From a virus (lineage: Duplodnaviria > Caudoviricetes): DNA of 43,878 nucleotides. The translations under genes were made by a program, and so were the position numbers. The stretch covers positions 1 to 43,878 of the IMG/VR virus record IMGVR_UViG_3300021066_000032. One strand, given 5' to 3'. Positions 28,165 to 35,098 of this stretch are shown here, piece after piece; within the stretch, counting starts at the first letter, position 1; each line of letters begins with the position of its first letter. The notes under the pieces are model-generated. The model did no database searches. It was not told the origin of the DNA and worked only from the letters and a program-made list of their open reading frames with translations.

Positions 28165-28586
28165 CCACGCCAGCCTGGATGAACCCCGAGGGGATCAAAT
28201 TCCTGACCATCCACTGCGCCGCCACACCTGAGGGAAGGGACGTGAAGGCCGCAACAGTGTCCGACTGGGACATCGCGAAGTTCGGCCAGGTCAGCTACCA
28301 TCACGTCGTTGAGCTTGACGGGACCGTTGTGCGGACCCTGCGCGACGACCAGCGCGGCGCCCACACGGGCGGGGCGAACACAGGCAACATCGGCGTCTGC
28401 TACGTGGGCGGCGTAGACAAGAAGCTTAACCCGAAAGACACGAGAACCGAAGCGCAGAAAGCCGCCCTTCGCGAGATCGTCGCCGACTACCGCAAGAAGT
28501 TTCCAGACATCATCGTGCGAGGCCATCGGGACTGGCCGGGCGTGAAGAAGGCCTGCCCGTCCTTTGATGTGGCAACTGAGCTATGA
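28161..28586 (+). CDS. Endolysin, N-acetylmuramoyl-L-alanine amidase (T7 lysozyme-like)
   Basis: IHCAAT, YH, GAH, IGVCYVGG, GHRD..KACPSF Zn ligands. Confidence 0.93.
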   Translation: MTTPAWMNPEGIKFLTIHCAATPEGRDVKAATVSDWDIAKFGQVSYHHVVELDGTVVRTLRDDQRGAHTGGANTGNIGVCYVGGVDKKLNPKDTRTEAQKAALREIVADYRKKFPDIIVRGHRDWPGVKKACPSFDVATEL

Positions 28587-29014
28587 CCACCATCGCCTAC
28601 AAAGACGGCGTGCTTGCGGCGGACACGCTCTGTGTAAACGGTCACATCCGTTCTGGGTTTGTGACCAAGATAATTCGTGGGCCAAACGGTGAGCTTGGCG
28701 GGGCGGCCGGTAACGCGGGATACAATCGGCTTTTTCAGGATTGGGTAGCGGGCGGCCGTGTAGGTGACGCGCCGATCCCCAAGCAAGACGATGAGTGCCG
28801 GGACCTTGGATTCGTCGTCTTGCCGGATGGAGTAATTGAACAGCACGAACCGGAGGGTCTGAACCTCATTCGCGCCGACATGTACGCGGCGGGTTCCGGG
28901 CGAAACGTAGCGCAGGGAGCGATGGCGGCTGGGGCGTCTGCGGAAGAGGCGGTCCGGATAGCGATTGGCTTGGACTGCTATTCGGGCGGTGAAATCACGG
29001 TGTTGCGCCGATGA
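28583..29014 (+). CDS. Ntn hydrolase, HslV/proteasome-beta-like peptidase
   Basis: M-TTIA..GVLAADT, TKI, AAGSG, A.EAVRIA..D.YSGG. Confidence 0.85.
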   Translation: MTTIAYKDGVLAADTLCVNGHIRSGFVTKIIRGPNGELGGAAGNAGYNRLFQDWVAGGRVGDAPIPKQDDECRDLGFVVLPDGVIEQHEPEGLNLIRADMYAAGSGRNVAQGAMAAGASAEEAVRIAIGLDCYSGGEITVLRR

Positions 29015-29562
29015 CCCCGGCCCTGGCTTTCTTCGCCTCTCCGATAGGCCGCTGGGCCGCTGTTGGGGGCGTGGCCCTGCTCCTGTCGGGTGGCCTGTAC
29101 CTCACGGGCAGGGACCACGGCCACGACGCCACAGAAGGCCGCTGGAAGGCCAGGATGGCGAAGGCTGAGGCCAAGGCCCGGCAGATCGAGTCTGACGGCC
29201 TGGACATCGCCGCGCGGCTACAGGCGCAGCTCGCCTTAGAAGAGGGGAAGATCGTCTACCGGACCCGCACCATTCGAGAGAGGATTCCGACCTATGTCAC
29301 GGCTGAAGCTGACGCTAACTGCCCTATTCCTGCTGGCGCTGTCAGCGTGCTCAACGCCGCCGCGTCTGGCTCCGAGCTTCCCGCCACCCCCAGTGGACCT
29401 GTCGATACCCCCGCCGGAGTTTCGCTCTCTGCCCTCGTCGATGTCGGCGCCGAAAACCTCGGGATCGGCCACCAGCTTAGAGCCGAAGTACTGACTTGGC
29501 GAGCCTGGTACGTCGAACAGAAGCAACTCTACGACGGCCTTCGCGGGCCGCAAATTCCATAA
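29011..29562 (+). CDS. Rz-like inner-membrane spanin
   Basis: N-terminal TM, coiled coil, C.IP.G..LN motif. Confidence 0.8.
   Translation: MTPALAFFASPIGRWAAVGGVALLLSGGLYLTGRDHGHDATEGRWKARMAKAEAKARQIESDGLDIAARLQAQLALEEGKIVYRTRTIRERIPTYVTAEADANCPIPAGAVSVLNAAASGSELPATPSGPVDTPAGVSLSALVDVGAENLGIGHQLRAEVLTWRAWYVEQKQLYDGLRGPQIP
29294..29494 (+). CDS. Rz1-like outer-membrane lipoprotein spanin (embedded in Rz, +1 frame)
   Basis: Lipobox LSAC and Pro-rich tail; AGGA RBS. Confidence 0.82.
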   Translation: MSRLKLTLTALFLLALSACSTPPRLAPSFPPPPVDLSIPPPEFRSLPSSMSAPKTSGSATSLEPKY

Positions 29563-29572
29563 AGGAACCGTT

Positions 29573-30442
29573 ATGCCCACCCTGACCGAAATCTCCGAAG
29601 TGCTCGCCCCCGCCCGGCCCGGCCTTCCCAACGTCACCGGCGCCAACTGGAAAGCGGAAACCGCCAAGGCGATCAAGGTCCCCGCGACGGACGCAAAGCT
29701 GGACAAGCTGCAAACCACGGCCGACGCCATCCTGGCGAAGGTTACTGCGGCGCCCACGCCCGTTCCCACTCCGACACCGACGCCAACACCGGGTACGCTA
29801 CCCCCCATCGGCGGGCCATTGCAGACCTTCACAGGCCAGTTCGGCGAGGGGAGCCGGTGGCATAAGCAGGACCATACGACGAACCAACTTCCGCCCGGAT
29901 GGTTCTTCAAGCCTTCCGCCTGCGTTGTCGACGCCTCCGGCAACCTCGTCATCACCGTCGATCCCGCGACCAAGACGTGCGGGATGGCCGACGAGCTGAA
30001 CCAGTTTCAGTCTCCGCTCGGGACCTGGGAGATCGAGGCCACACTTCCTGCGATGCGTCCGGGCCTGGTCAGTGCGCCTTTGTGGCTCTACGATTTCGGA
30101 ACCAAAGATGAGATCGACTTCGAGCTTGTCGGCACGCACGGCATGGTCTGCACGGTCCATGAACCGGGTTCAGGGGCAGACATCTGGAACAGGACCATTC
30201 CGGGGGATTTCTCGGGCAAGCATCGTTTCGCCATCCAGTATGAATCCGGCAAGGTGGCGGTGTTCTGGATCGACGGCGTAGAGGTTGCCCGCTGCACTCC
30301 TGCTGATCTTCCGGCGGGGAGGATGTTCCCGACCAAGCAGCTTCGGGCGTTTACTCAGTGCAATCCTGCGAATTGGGCGGGGGCTTGGATTGATCCGGCG
30401 TCATCGATCAAGATGGTGGTGCATGGGTGGAGGCACGCCTAG
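29573..30442 (+). CDS. GH16-family glycoside hydrolase with PT linker
   Basis: EIDFE catalytic motif; H.FAI.Y....FWIDG; (PT)n linker. Confidence 0.82.
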   Translation: MPTLTEISEVLAPARPGLPNVTGANWKAETAKAIKVPATDAKLDKLQTTADAILAKVTAAPTPVPTPTPTPTPGTLPPIGGPLQTFTGQFGEGSRWHKQDHTTNQLPPGWFFKPSACVVDASGNLVITVDPATKTCGMADELNQFQSPLGTWEIEATLPAMRPGLVSAPLWLYDFGTKDEIDFELVGTHGMVCTVHEPGSGADIWNRTIPGDFSGKHRFAIQYESGKVAVFWIDGVEVARCTPADLPAGRMFPTKQLRAFTQCNPANWAGAWIDPASSIKMVVHGWRHA

Positions 30443-30468
30443 CCTCTCTATCACTACCCTATTGTCTT

Positions 30469-30497
30469 GGCCCTCGGCGGAAGCTGGGGGCCTTTTT
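30469..30497 (+). terminator. Rho-independent terminator ending the late operon
   Basis: GGCCCTCGGC-GGAA-GCTGGGGGCC-TTTTT. Confidence 0.85.
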
Positions 30498-30581
30498 GTT
30501 TGCGTGACGGAGTTGGTCGACTGCGGGAAACCAGGTAACTATCTGGTTGACGTACCACGCCACAAGGGGTAGTGTTCGGTC

Positions 30582-31523
30582 ATGTCCAAGACCGATCTCC
30601 GCAATCCGATCTATCACGACGAAGACGCCGCCCGCGCTCACCTCGAAAGCCTGCTGTGGCCGCACGGCCCTGCATGCCCGCGCTGCGGGGTCACGGAAGA
30701 TAGGATCACGAAGCTCCAAGGCAAGAGCACCAGGCCGGGCGTCTACAAGTGCAAGGACTGCCGCAAGCCGTTCACGGTGACGGTCGGGACGGTCATGGAG
30801 CGGTCCAAGGTTCCGCTGTCCAAGTGGGTCCTGGCCGCGCACTTCATGGCCGCATCCAAGAAAGGGATGAGCGCCCTGCAACTTCATCGGATGATGGGTG
30901 GCAGCTACGAAACGTCGTGGTTCCTTTTCCATCGCCTGCGCGAAGCGGCGCGGGTGACTGGTGGCGGCCCGATGGGCGGCGAAGGCAAATTCGTGGAAGC
31001 CGACGAAACGGTGATCGGCGGCAAGGAACGCAACAAGCGGAAGTCACGCCGCAACAAGCTCAACATCGGCGCCGTGGGCAAGCAAGTCTGCTTCACGCTG
31101 GTGGAGCGTGGCGGCCGTGCGCGGTCCTTCCATGTGGCCAACGTGAGCGGCAAGACGCTGCATCCGATCATCCTCAAGCACGTCGATCCCAAGACGGCAT
31201 TGATGACGGATGATGCGGGCCAATACCGCCTCGTCGGGCCGAGGTTCGCTCGCTTCGAAACCGTCAACCATGGCGCGGACGAGTACGTCCGTGGCGATGC
31301 CTACACGAACACCGTGGAAGGCTACTTTTCGATCCTCAAGCGGGGTGTGATCGGGACCTTCCACAGCATCAGCGAGGCGCACTTGCATCGCTATTTGCAC
31401 GAGTTCGATTTCCGGTATTCGAACCGTCAAATCTCAGACTGGGAGCGAGCCGAATTGCTGCTGAAGGGCGGCAAGGGAAAGCGGCTCGTCTATCGACAGC
31501 CTGACAATGCCCAACACGTTTAG
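30582..31523 (+). CDS. IS1595-family DDE transposase
   Basis: Zn ribbon CPRC/CKDC; VEADET, TDD, NTVEG, YLHEFDFRY. Confidence 0.95.
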   Translation: MSKTDLRNPIYHDEDAARAHLESLLWPHGPACPRCGVTEDRITKLQGKSTRPGVYKCKDCRKPFTVTVGTVMERSKVPLSKWVLAAHFMAASKKGMSALQLHRMMGGSYETSWFLFHRLREAARVTGGGPMGGEGKFVEADETVIGGKERNKRKSRRNKLNIGAVGKQVCFTLVERGGRARSFHVANVSGKTLHPIILKHVDPKTALMTDDAGQYRLVGPRFARFETVNHGADEYVRGDAYTNTVEGYFSILKRGVIGTFHSISEAHLHRYLHEFDFRYSNRQISDWERAELLLKGGKGKRLVYRQPDNAQHV

Positions 31524-31685
31524 GCAGCGGGTGATCGTTTACCGTCGCTGGCGTCGGAAGCAGGAGTCGTCTTAGGGTTGCCACGGTCGCGCTTGGGGCG
31601 CGGCTGGGGCGGTGTCTTGAGCGCTCGCAAAAGCAATGCGTCGCGGCGCTGGTCTGCCGACGCTTCGGTATGACCCTCATCATTC

Positions 31686-32549
31686 ATGGACGCAGAACTC
31701 CAAAAACGATTGAGCCGCCTTCAACGCGGCGAACTCAGCGCAGGGGATGTTAGCCGCATCTTCCTGGGACTGCGAGAGTACTCATTCGGTCGCAAAGTTT
31801 TCAAAGAGGTTGCGGACTTCATCGCTCACCCACAAGAAAAGGATCAAGGCCCTGCCTACGAGGTCGTTCGCGATCTGGTCGCGAACTTTCGGTACAAGAT
31901 AAAGACCCTCAAGAAGGACGTGCCCTACGACATTCCCCGCGAAGAGTTCGCTGAGGCTATGAATGCGACTTTCCGCTTGGGGGCGAGAGAGATTGCGGCC
32001 CGAAAGATGGGCATCCGAGTCGAAAAGGCTGACTCGATTTGGGGCAGAGTTCGCCGGAACATGGGCGAAGTGCGGAAGGGTCAATTGCAGTGGCTACGCA
32101 AGCCGGCGAGGCAAGACGCGGCTTTTCTGCACGAGGTCGCTTCGCTGTTGCTACCCAAGGCAGCCTTCACGGATAAGGACCTGTTCGTTCAGTTTTGTGA
32201 AGTCATTGAGCGGAACAAGCTCGCGGAACCTGACACCGCAATGGCCGCGTTCGCTGGCTGTGCTGATTTCATAGCCCTTTTTGCAATCGCTCACATGCAA
32301 GCGACGCGCATCCGTCTGGCAAACGGAGAGTACATCCAGCTTACGCTGATCCCGGGTGACCAATTGAACGTTTGGGCGAGGATCCCTGTAACCCACAACG
32401 AGAAAACTCTGTTCGCGATGGCTTCTGTCTTCTCTACCAGCCTAACGCAGGCCGACCACGCCGAGGCCGGGACCTTTGAAGGCTGGGACCAAGATAAGCC
32501 GCCCCCGGTTGAAATCGGACCGAACGGCAAGTTGCGCCTTATTCAGTAA
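31686..32549 (+). CDS. IS passenger protein of unknown function
   Basis: 287-aa ORF inside the TIRs; codon usage less GC-biased than phage core genes. Confidence 0.8.
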   Translation: MDAELQKRLSRLQRGELSAGDVSRIFLGLREYSFGRKVFKEVADFIAHPQEKDQGPAYEVVRDLVANFRYKIKTLKKDVPYDIPREEFAEAMNATFRLGAREIAARKMGIRVEKADSIWGRVRRNMGEVRKGQLQWLRKPARQDAAFLHEVASLLLPKAAFTDKDLFVQFCEVIERNKLAEPDTAMAAFAGCADFIALFAIAHMQATRIRLANGEYIQLTLIPGDQLNVWARIPVTHNEKTLFAMASVFSTSLTQADHAEAGTFEGWDQDKPPPVEIGPNGKLRLIQ

Positions 32550-32691
32550 GATCGCGCGCGCGCCGGATGGCGCGCGAGAGGCCTGAAACGCCATCGTCCA
32601 GATTCAGCAGCAGTTCGGCCATGGCCTCGCGCAGGAGACGGTTCTCCGCCTTCAGCCGTTCCATCTCGCCTCGGTCTGGCGTCTCCGCCAT
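32539..32691 (-). CDS. Small IS passenger protein (50 aa, not in the ORF track)
   Basis: GGGAG RBS; MAETPDRGEMERLKAENRLLREAMAELL coiled coil. Confidence 0.55.
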   Translation of the reverse strand: MAETPDRGEMERLKAENRLLREAMAELLLNLDDGVSGLSRAIRRARDLTE

Positions 32692-32793
32692 TTAGTTGTC
32701 TCCCAAAGGAGGCAACCACCCTGTCTAGCACCGCCCTGTCACGTAATCCGGGAGACTACATCTGGGGTCTGGTACGTCAACCGGATAGTTACC

Positions 32794-32830
32794 CGCCTGC
32801 CATGAAGGTTAGAGCTTGTCGTCGGTTCAT
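32794..32830 (-). pseudogene. 5' remnant of a gene truncated by the IS
   Basis: AAGGAAGAGAG-ATG; MNRRQALTFMAG runs into the right TIR and stops. Confidence 0.5.
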
Positions 32831-32916
32831 CTCTCTTCCTTCAATTGGACTGGGCGCCTTAACACGGTAGCCACTCTGTATGATCCGTGCCTCATCCCTT
32901 GCGGGCCGTTCCTAGG

Positions 32917-33369
32917 TTAGCAGGGGTTGGGCTCTTCGGGTAGGCGCGTCGTGCTGACGATTTCCGCCACTTCCTCCCGCGTGAATCCCATAATGGTCCC
33001 GACCGTTTCAGCGACGGTAAACGGCTCCCAATCGCGAGGCGGCATATCCACGCCGAACTCTGCCGATAAAGCGGCCGTTTCATCCCAATCGGCTTCGGAC
33101 AAGTCGGACCCGCCGCAGACGAAAATGTAGTTCTGCCGGTCCCACGCCATCTGCCGACGTTCAGCCTTCAGCGGCCGAAACAGCTTCTCCAGATTGTACC
33201 GGCGGAAGCGATAGGCGAGGGGCCGCCAAGGCGCACAGAGGGCCGCCAGCGGCTTGGGCATGGTCGGGTTGCCGTCGAAGTCTTCGGACAGGTCCCAGAA
33301 GCGGTAGGTCACGCCCTCGCGGAACTCGCGCCAAGCCTCGCCAAGTGCCTGAGCATGTGCGTTCGCCAT
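32917..33369 (-). CDS. Hypothetical protein
   Basis: GGAGG RBS; 150 aa. Confidence 0.75.
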   Translation of the reverse strand: MANAHAQALGEAWREFREGVTYRFWDLSEDFDGNPTMPKPLAALCAPWRPLAYRFRRYNLEKLFRPLKAERRQMAWDRQNYIFVCGGSDLSEADWDETAALSAEFGVDMPPRDWEPFTVAETVGTIMGFTREEVAEIVSTTRLPEEPNPC

Positions 33370-33392
33370 ATCTGAATATCCTCCAAAAACCC

Positions 33393-33420
33393 TTTACGCA
33401 CAAGGGATTTCTGCTATTCT
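33393..33420 (+). promoter_or_regulatory. Sigma70-type promoter for the ncRNA
   Basis: TTTACG-N16-TATTCT (GCTATTCT); predicted +1 near 33427. Confidence 0.65.
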
Positions 33421-33426
33421 ACAGCC

Positions 33427-33570
33427 TGACTGCGGCGGCGTGGAAGGACACGCTCAATCCGTAGCCCTGAGGGACCAGATCAGTCCCGGCCCGTTACGGG
33501 AAACACGTTGCGCACCGCGAGGGCCACGGGCAGGGCAGTCGGTATCGAACCCGGCCCGCAGTCAACGCCA
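33427..33570 (+). ncRNA. tRNA-like structured RNA with an expanded central domain
   Basis: Terminal stem TGACTGCGG/CCGCAGTCA; D-like arm GCGTG-GAAGGA-CACGC; T-like arm GTCGG-TATCGAAC-CCGGC; central stem with internal hairpins. Confidence 0.75.
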
Positions 33571-33654
33571 GAACACCCCCGCCAACCCAACAACGACCCC
33601 GACGAGCCCTACAACTCCCCAGAACACCCCCGACCTATAGGGCAGACGACCCAT
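33562..33654 (-). CDS. 30-aa hydrophobic peptide (not in the ORF track)
   Basis: MGRLPYRSGVFWGVVGLVGVVVGLAGVFWR; TGATG-coupled to 33654..33854. Confidence 0.55.
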   Translation of the reverse strand: MGRLPYRSGVFWGVVGLVGVVVGLAGVFWR

Positions 33655-33854
33655 CACCCCAACCCAGTGCTAGACGTACCCTTACTCCCAAACACAAACG
33701 GCTCCCCGGTGAAGTGGTCTGCAACATCCTTCAGCGCCGTCCTTGCGCCTAGCAGGATGCAATAGTCAGGACTAAACGGCTTCACCATCTTCATCATGGC
33801 GGTGATCTCATCAACGGCGGGGCGAAGGCGTTCAATGTCGGCTGGGGCGGGCAT
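33654..33854 (-). CDS. Hypothetical protein
   Basis: 66-aa ORF in the leftward accessory operon. Confidence 0.65.
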   Translation of the reverse strand: MPAPADIERLRPAVDEITAMMKMVKPFSPDYCILLGARTALKDVADHFTGEPFVFGSKGTSSTGLG

Positions 33855-33883
33855 GGGTCACTTAGAGAAGGGGAGGGGGTGGA

Positions 33884-34084
33884 TCATTCAGCCCACCGGC
33901 AACGGCGGACATGCCCGCCAGCAGACGCCATGTCAGCGTGTTGCCGACAAAGCTCTCCGTCAACCGCAGACCGACTGCATTGGTTCTCGTTATAGTGCAT
34001 TTTGAAGCCGCTCCTGGTCCCGCGCGCTACCCGGTAGGTATCCCGCTTAAAGACCGCCGCGACGCACCGCCCCTCCTCACTCAT
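33884..34084 (-). CDS. Small Cys/His protein
   Basis: RC...QCSR...LCRQH. Confidence 0.7.
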   Translation of the reverse strand: MSEEGRCVAAVFKRDTYRVARGTRSGFKMHYNENQCSRSAVDGELCRQHADMASAGGHVRRCRWAE

Positions 34085-34265
34085 GGGGAGGCTCTGGGGG
34101 CTTCGGGAGCGGCATGAAGTGCGTCGCCCGGCGAACGTGGCTGTTGTTGCCCACCGTGATCCAAGCGTTGTGAGAAACTTGGCCTCGAGAGTGTTTCAGC
34201 GGCGGATAGTACAGCAACACGTCCTCCTCAAACTGCTGGTCGTCCTCGATTGATTTCCAGCTCAT
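34077..34265 (-). CDS. DUF551-like protein
   Basis: MSWKSIE...VLLY...ATHFMPLPKPP. Confidence 0.75.
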   Translation of the reverse strand: MSWKSIEDDQQFEEDVLLYYPPLKHSRGQVSHNAWITVGNNSHVRRATHFMPLPKPPEPPHE

Positions 34266-34277
34266 TTCCTCTCCAAT

Positions 34278-34529
34278 TCACCGCTCATGGGGAGGCTCCG
34301 GGGGACAGTGAATTTCGAAAGTCCAGGTGCTAGACTCTCTCTGAGGCTCCGGATCGAGCTTGAGCCGCAGGGCGTTGAGGGCGCAGGGGCAAAGATCAGT
34401 GACCTCCGGCGCGCGGGAGCCGAGGCAAGCGCACCAGTCCCATTTGTCGCCGTGCTTGGCCTTCATCTCAGCCTCGTAGGCTTCGCGCTCGGCCACTTCC
34501 GGGCGGGTCATTCGGACAACGCGGCTCAT
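34278..34529 (-). CDS. Hypothetical protein
   Basis: GGAGAGG RBS; CACLG..LCPC. Confidence 0.7.
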   Translation of the reverse strand: MSRVVRMTRPEVAEREAYEAEMKAKHGDKWDWCACLGSRAPEVTDLCPCALNALRLKLDPEPQRESSTWTFEIHCPPEPPHER

Positions 34530-34541
34530 TTCCTCTCCAAT

Positions 34542-34748
34542 TCATCTCCCAAGGGGGGATAGGGCTGCTTCCATCAGCTTCGGATCGCGTTCGTAGAGCC
34601 CAAGTAGGATTGCGACTGTAGGCGGAACCCTCCGCTCTCCGTTGGCCCACTTCCTGACTGTCCGCTCATCAACGCCTAGGACCGGCGCCGCGCCTCGCTG
34701 GGTAAGCGAGAGGCGGGCCAGGGATGCGCGGAAGTCGTCAGGGGTCAT
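34542..34748 (-). CDS. XRE-family HTH regulator
   Basis: LTQRGAAPVLGVDERTVRKWANGERRVP. Confidence 0.88.
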   Translation of the reverse strand: MTPDDFRASLARLSLTQRGAAPVLGVDERTVRKWANGERRVPPTVAILLGLYERDPKLMEAALSPLGR

Positions 34749-34754
34749 CCGGTC

Positions 34755-35015
34755 TTACTGGCGTTCCGTGAGTAAGGCTTCCAGTTCGCGCCGCTGCTCG
34801 TCCAGCGCCAGGCGGATCAAAATCTTGCCGGCCAGACCGGAATAGGCGCTCGATGCCGAGATAAACGCCTTCGCCAATTCGACGGGGTTTTCGATGGTGT
34901 CGCAGTAGCCTTTCTCGATCCGTTGTTCCGCGTCATGCACCGCACCCAATGCATCGTACAGCGCATCGCGAATTTGGATCAGGTCGGCGTTCGTGATGTT
35001 GTTCAGCTTCGGCAT
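34755..35015 (-). CDS. Hypothetical protein
   Basis: GGAG RBS and ATG at 35015; first gene after the promoter at 35062-35091. Confidence 0.7.
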   Translation of the reverse strand: MPKLNNITNADLIQIRDALYDALGAVHDAEQRIEKGYCDTIENPVELAKAFISASSAYSGLAGKILIRLALDEQRRELEALLTERQ

Positions 35016-35061
35016 TTCCAGTTCTCCACTGGCCTCAAGCGGCCTCGTTTCAACAGGAAGC

Positions 35062-35091
35062 ACCATAGGCCCATTGGGCCGGTTATGTCAA
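35062..35091 (-). promoter_or_regulatory. Leftward promoter with a palindromic operator in the spacer
   Basis: TTGACA-N18-TATGGT; GGCCCATTGGGCC at 35068-35080. Confidence 0.72.
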
Positions 35092-35098
35092 GCACCTA

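Larger units (their letters stand above)
30534..32793 (+). mobile_element. IS1595-family element with passenger genes (2260 bp)
   Basis: TIRs GGTAACTATCTGGTTGACGTACCA (30534-30557) and its reverse complement at 32770-32793 (23/24 match); no TSD. Confidence 0.92.

Noticed and set aside
29750-29800. CCNACN tandem repeat as a contingency locus
   Set aside because: Degenerate at third positions; it encodes a Pro-Thr linker.
31369-31683. Additional minus-strand passenger ORF in the IS
   Set aside because: Overlaps the transposase 3' end, has low-complexity Arg/Ser/Ala composition and no convincing RBS.
33471-33487. GGGAC-CAGATCA-GTCCC as a real anticodon arm (GAT, Ile)
   Set aside because: The 5-bp stem and 7-nt loop fit, but U33 and purine 37 are missing and it is nested in an extra stem; not called as a functional tRNA.
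33466-33525. Hammerhead ribozyme (CTGAGGG...GAAAC) inside the ncRNA
   Set aside because: The core reads CUGAGGG rather than CUGANGA, there is no clean stem II or III, and no UH cleavage triplet precedes the stem I 3' strand.
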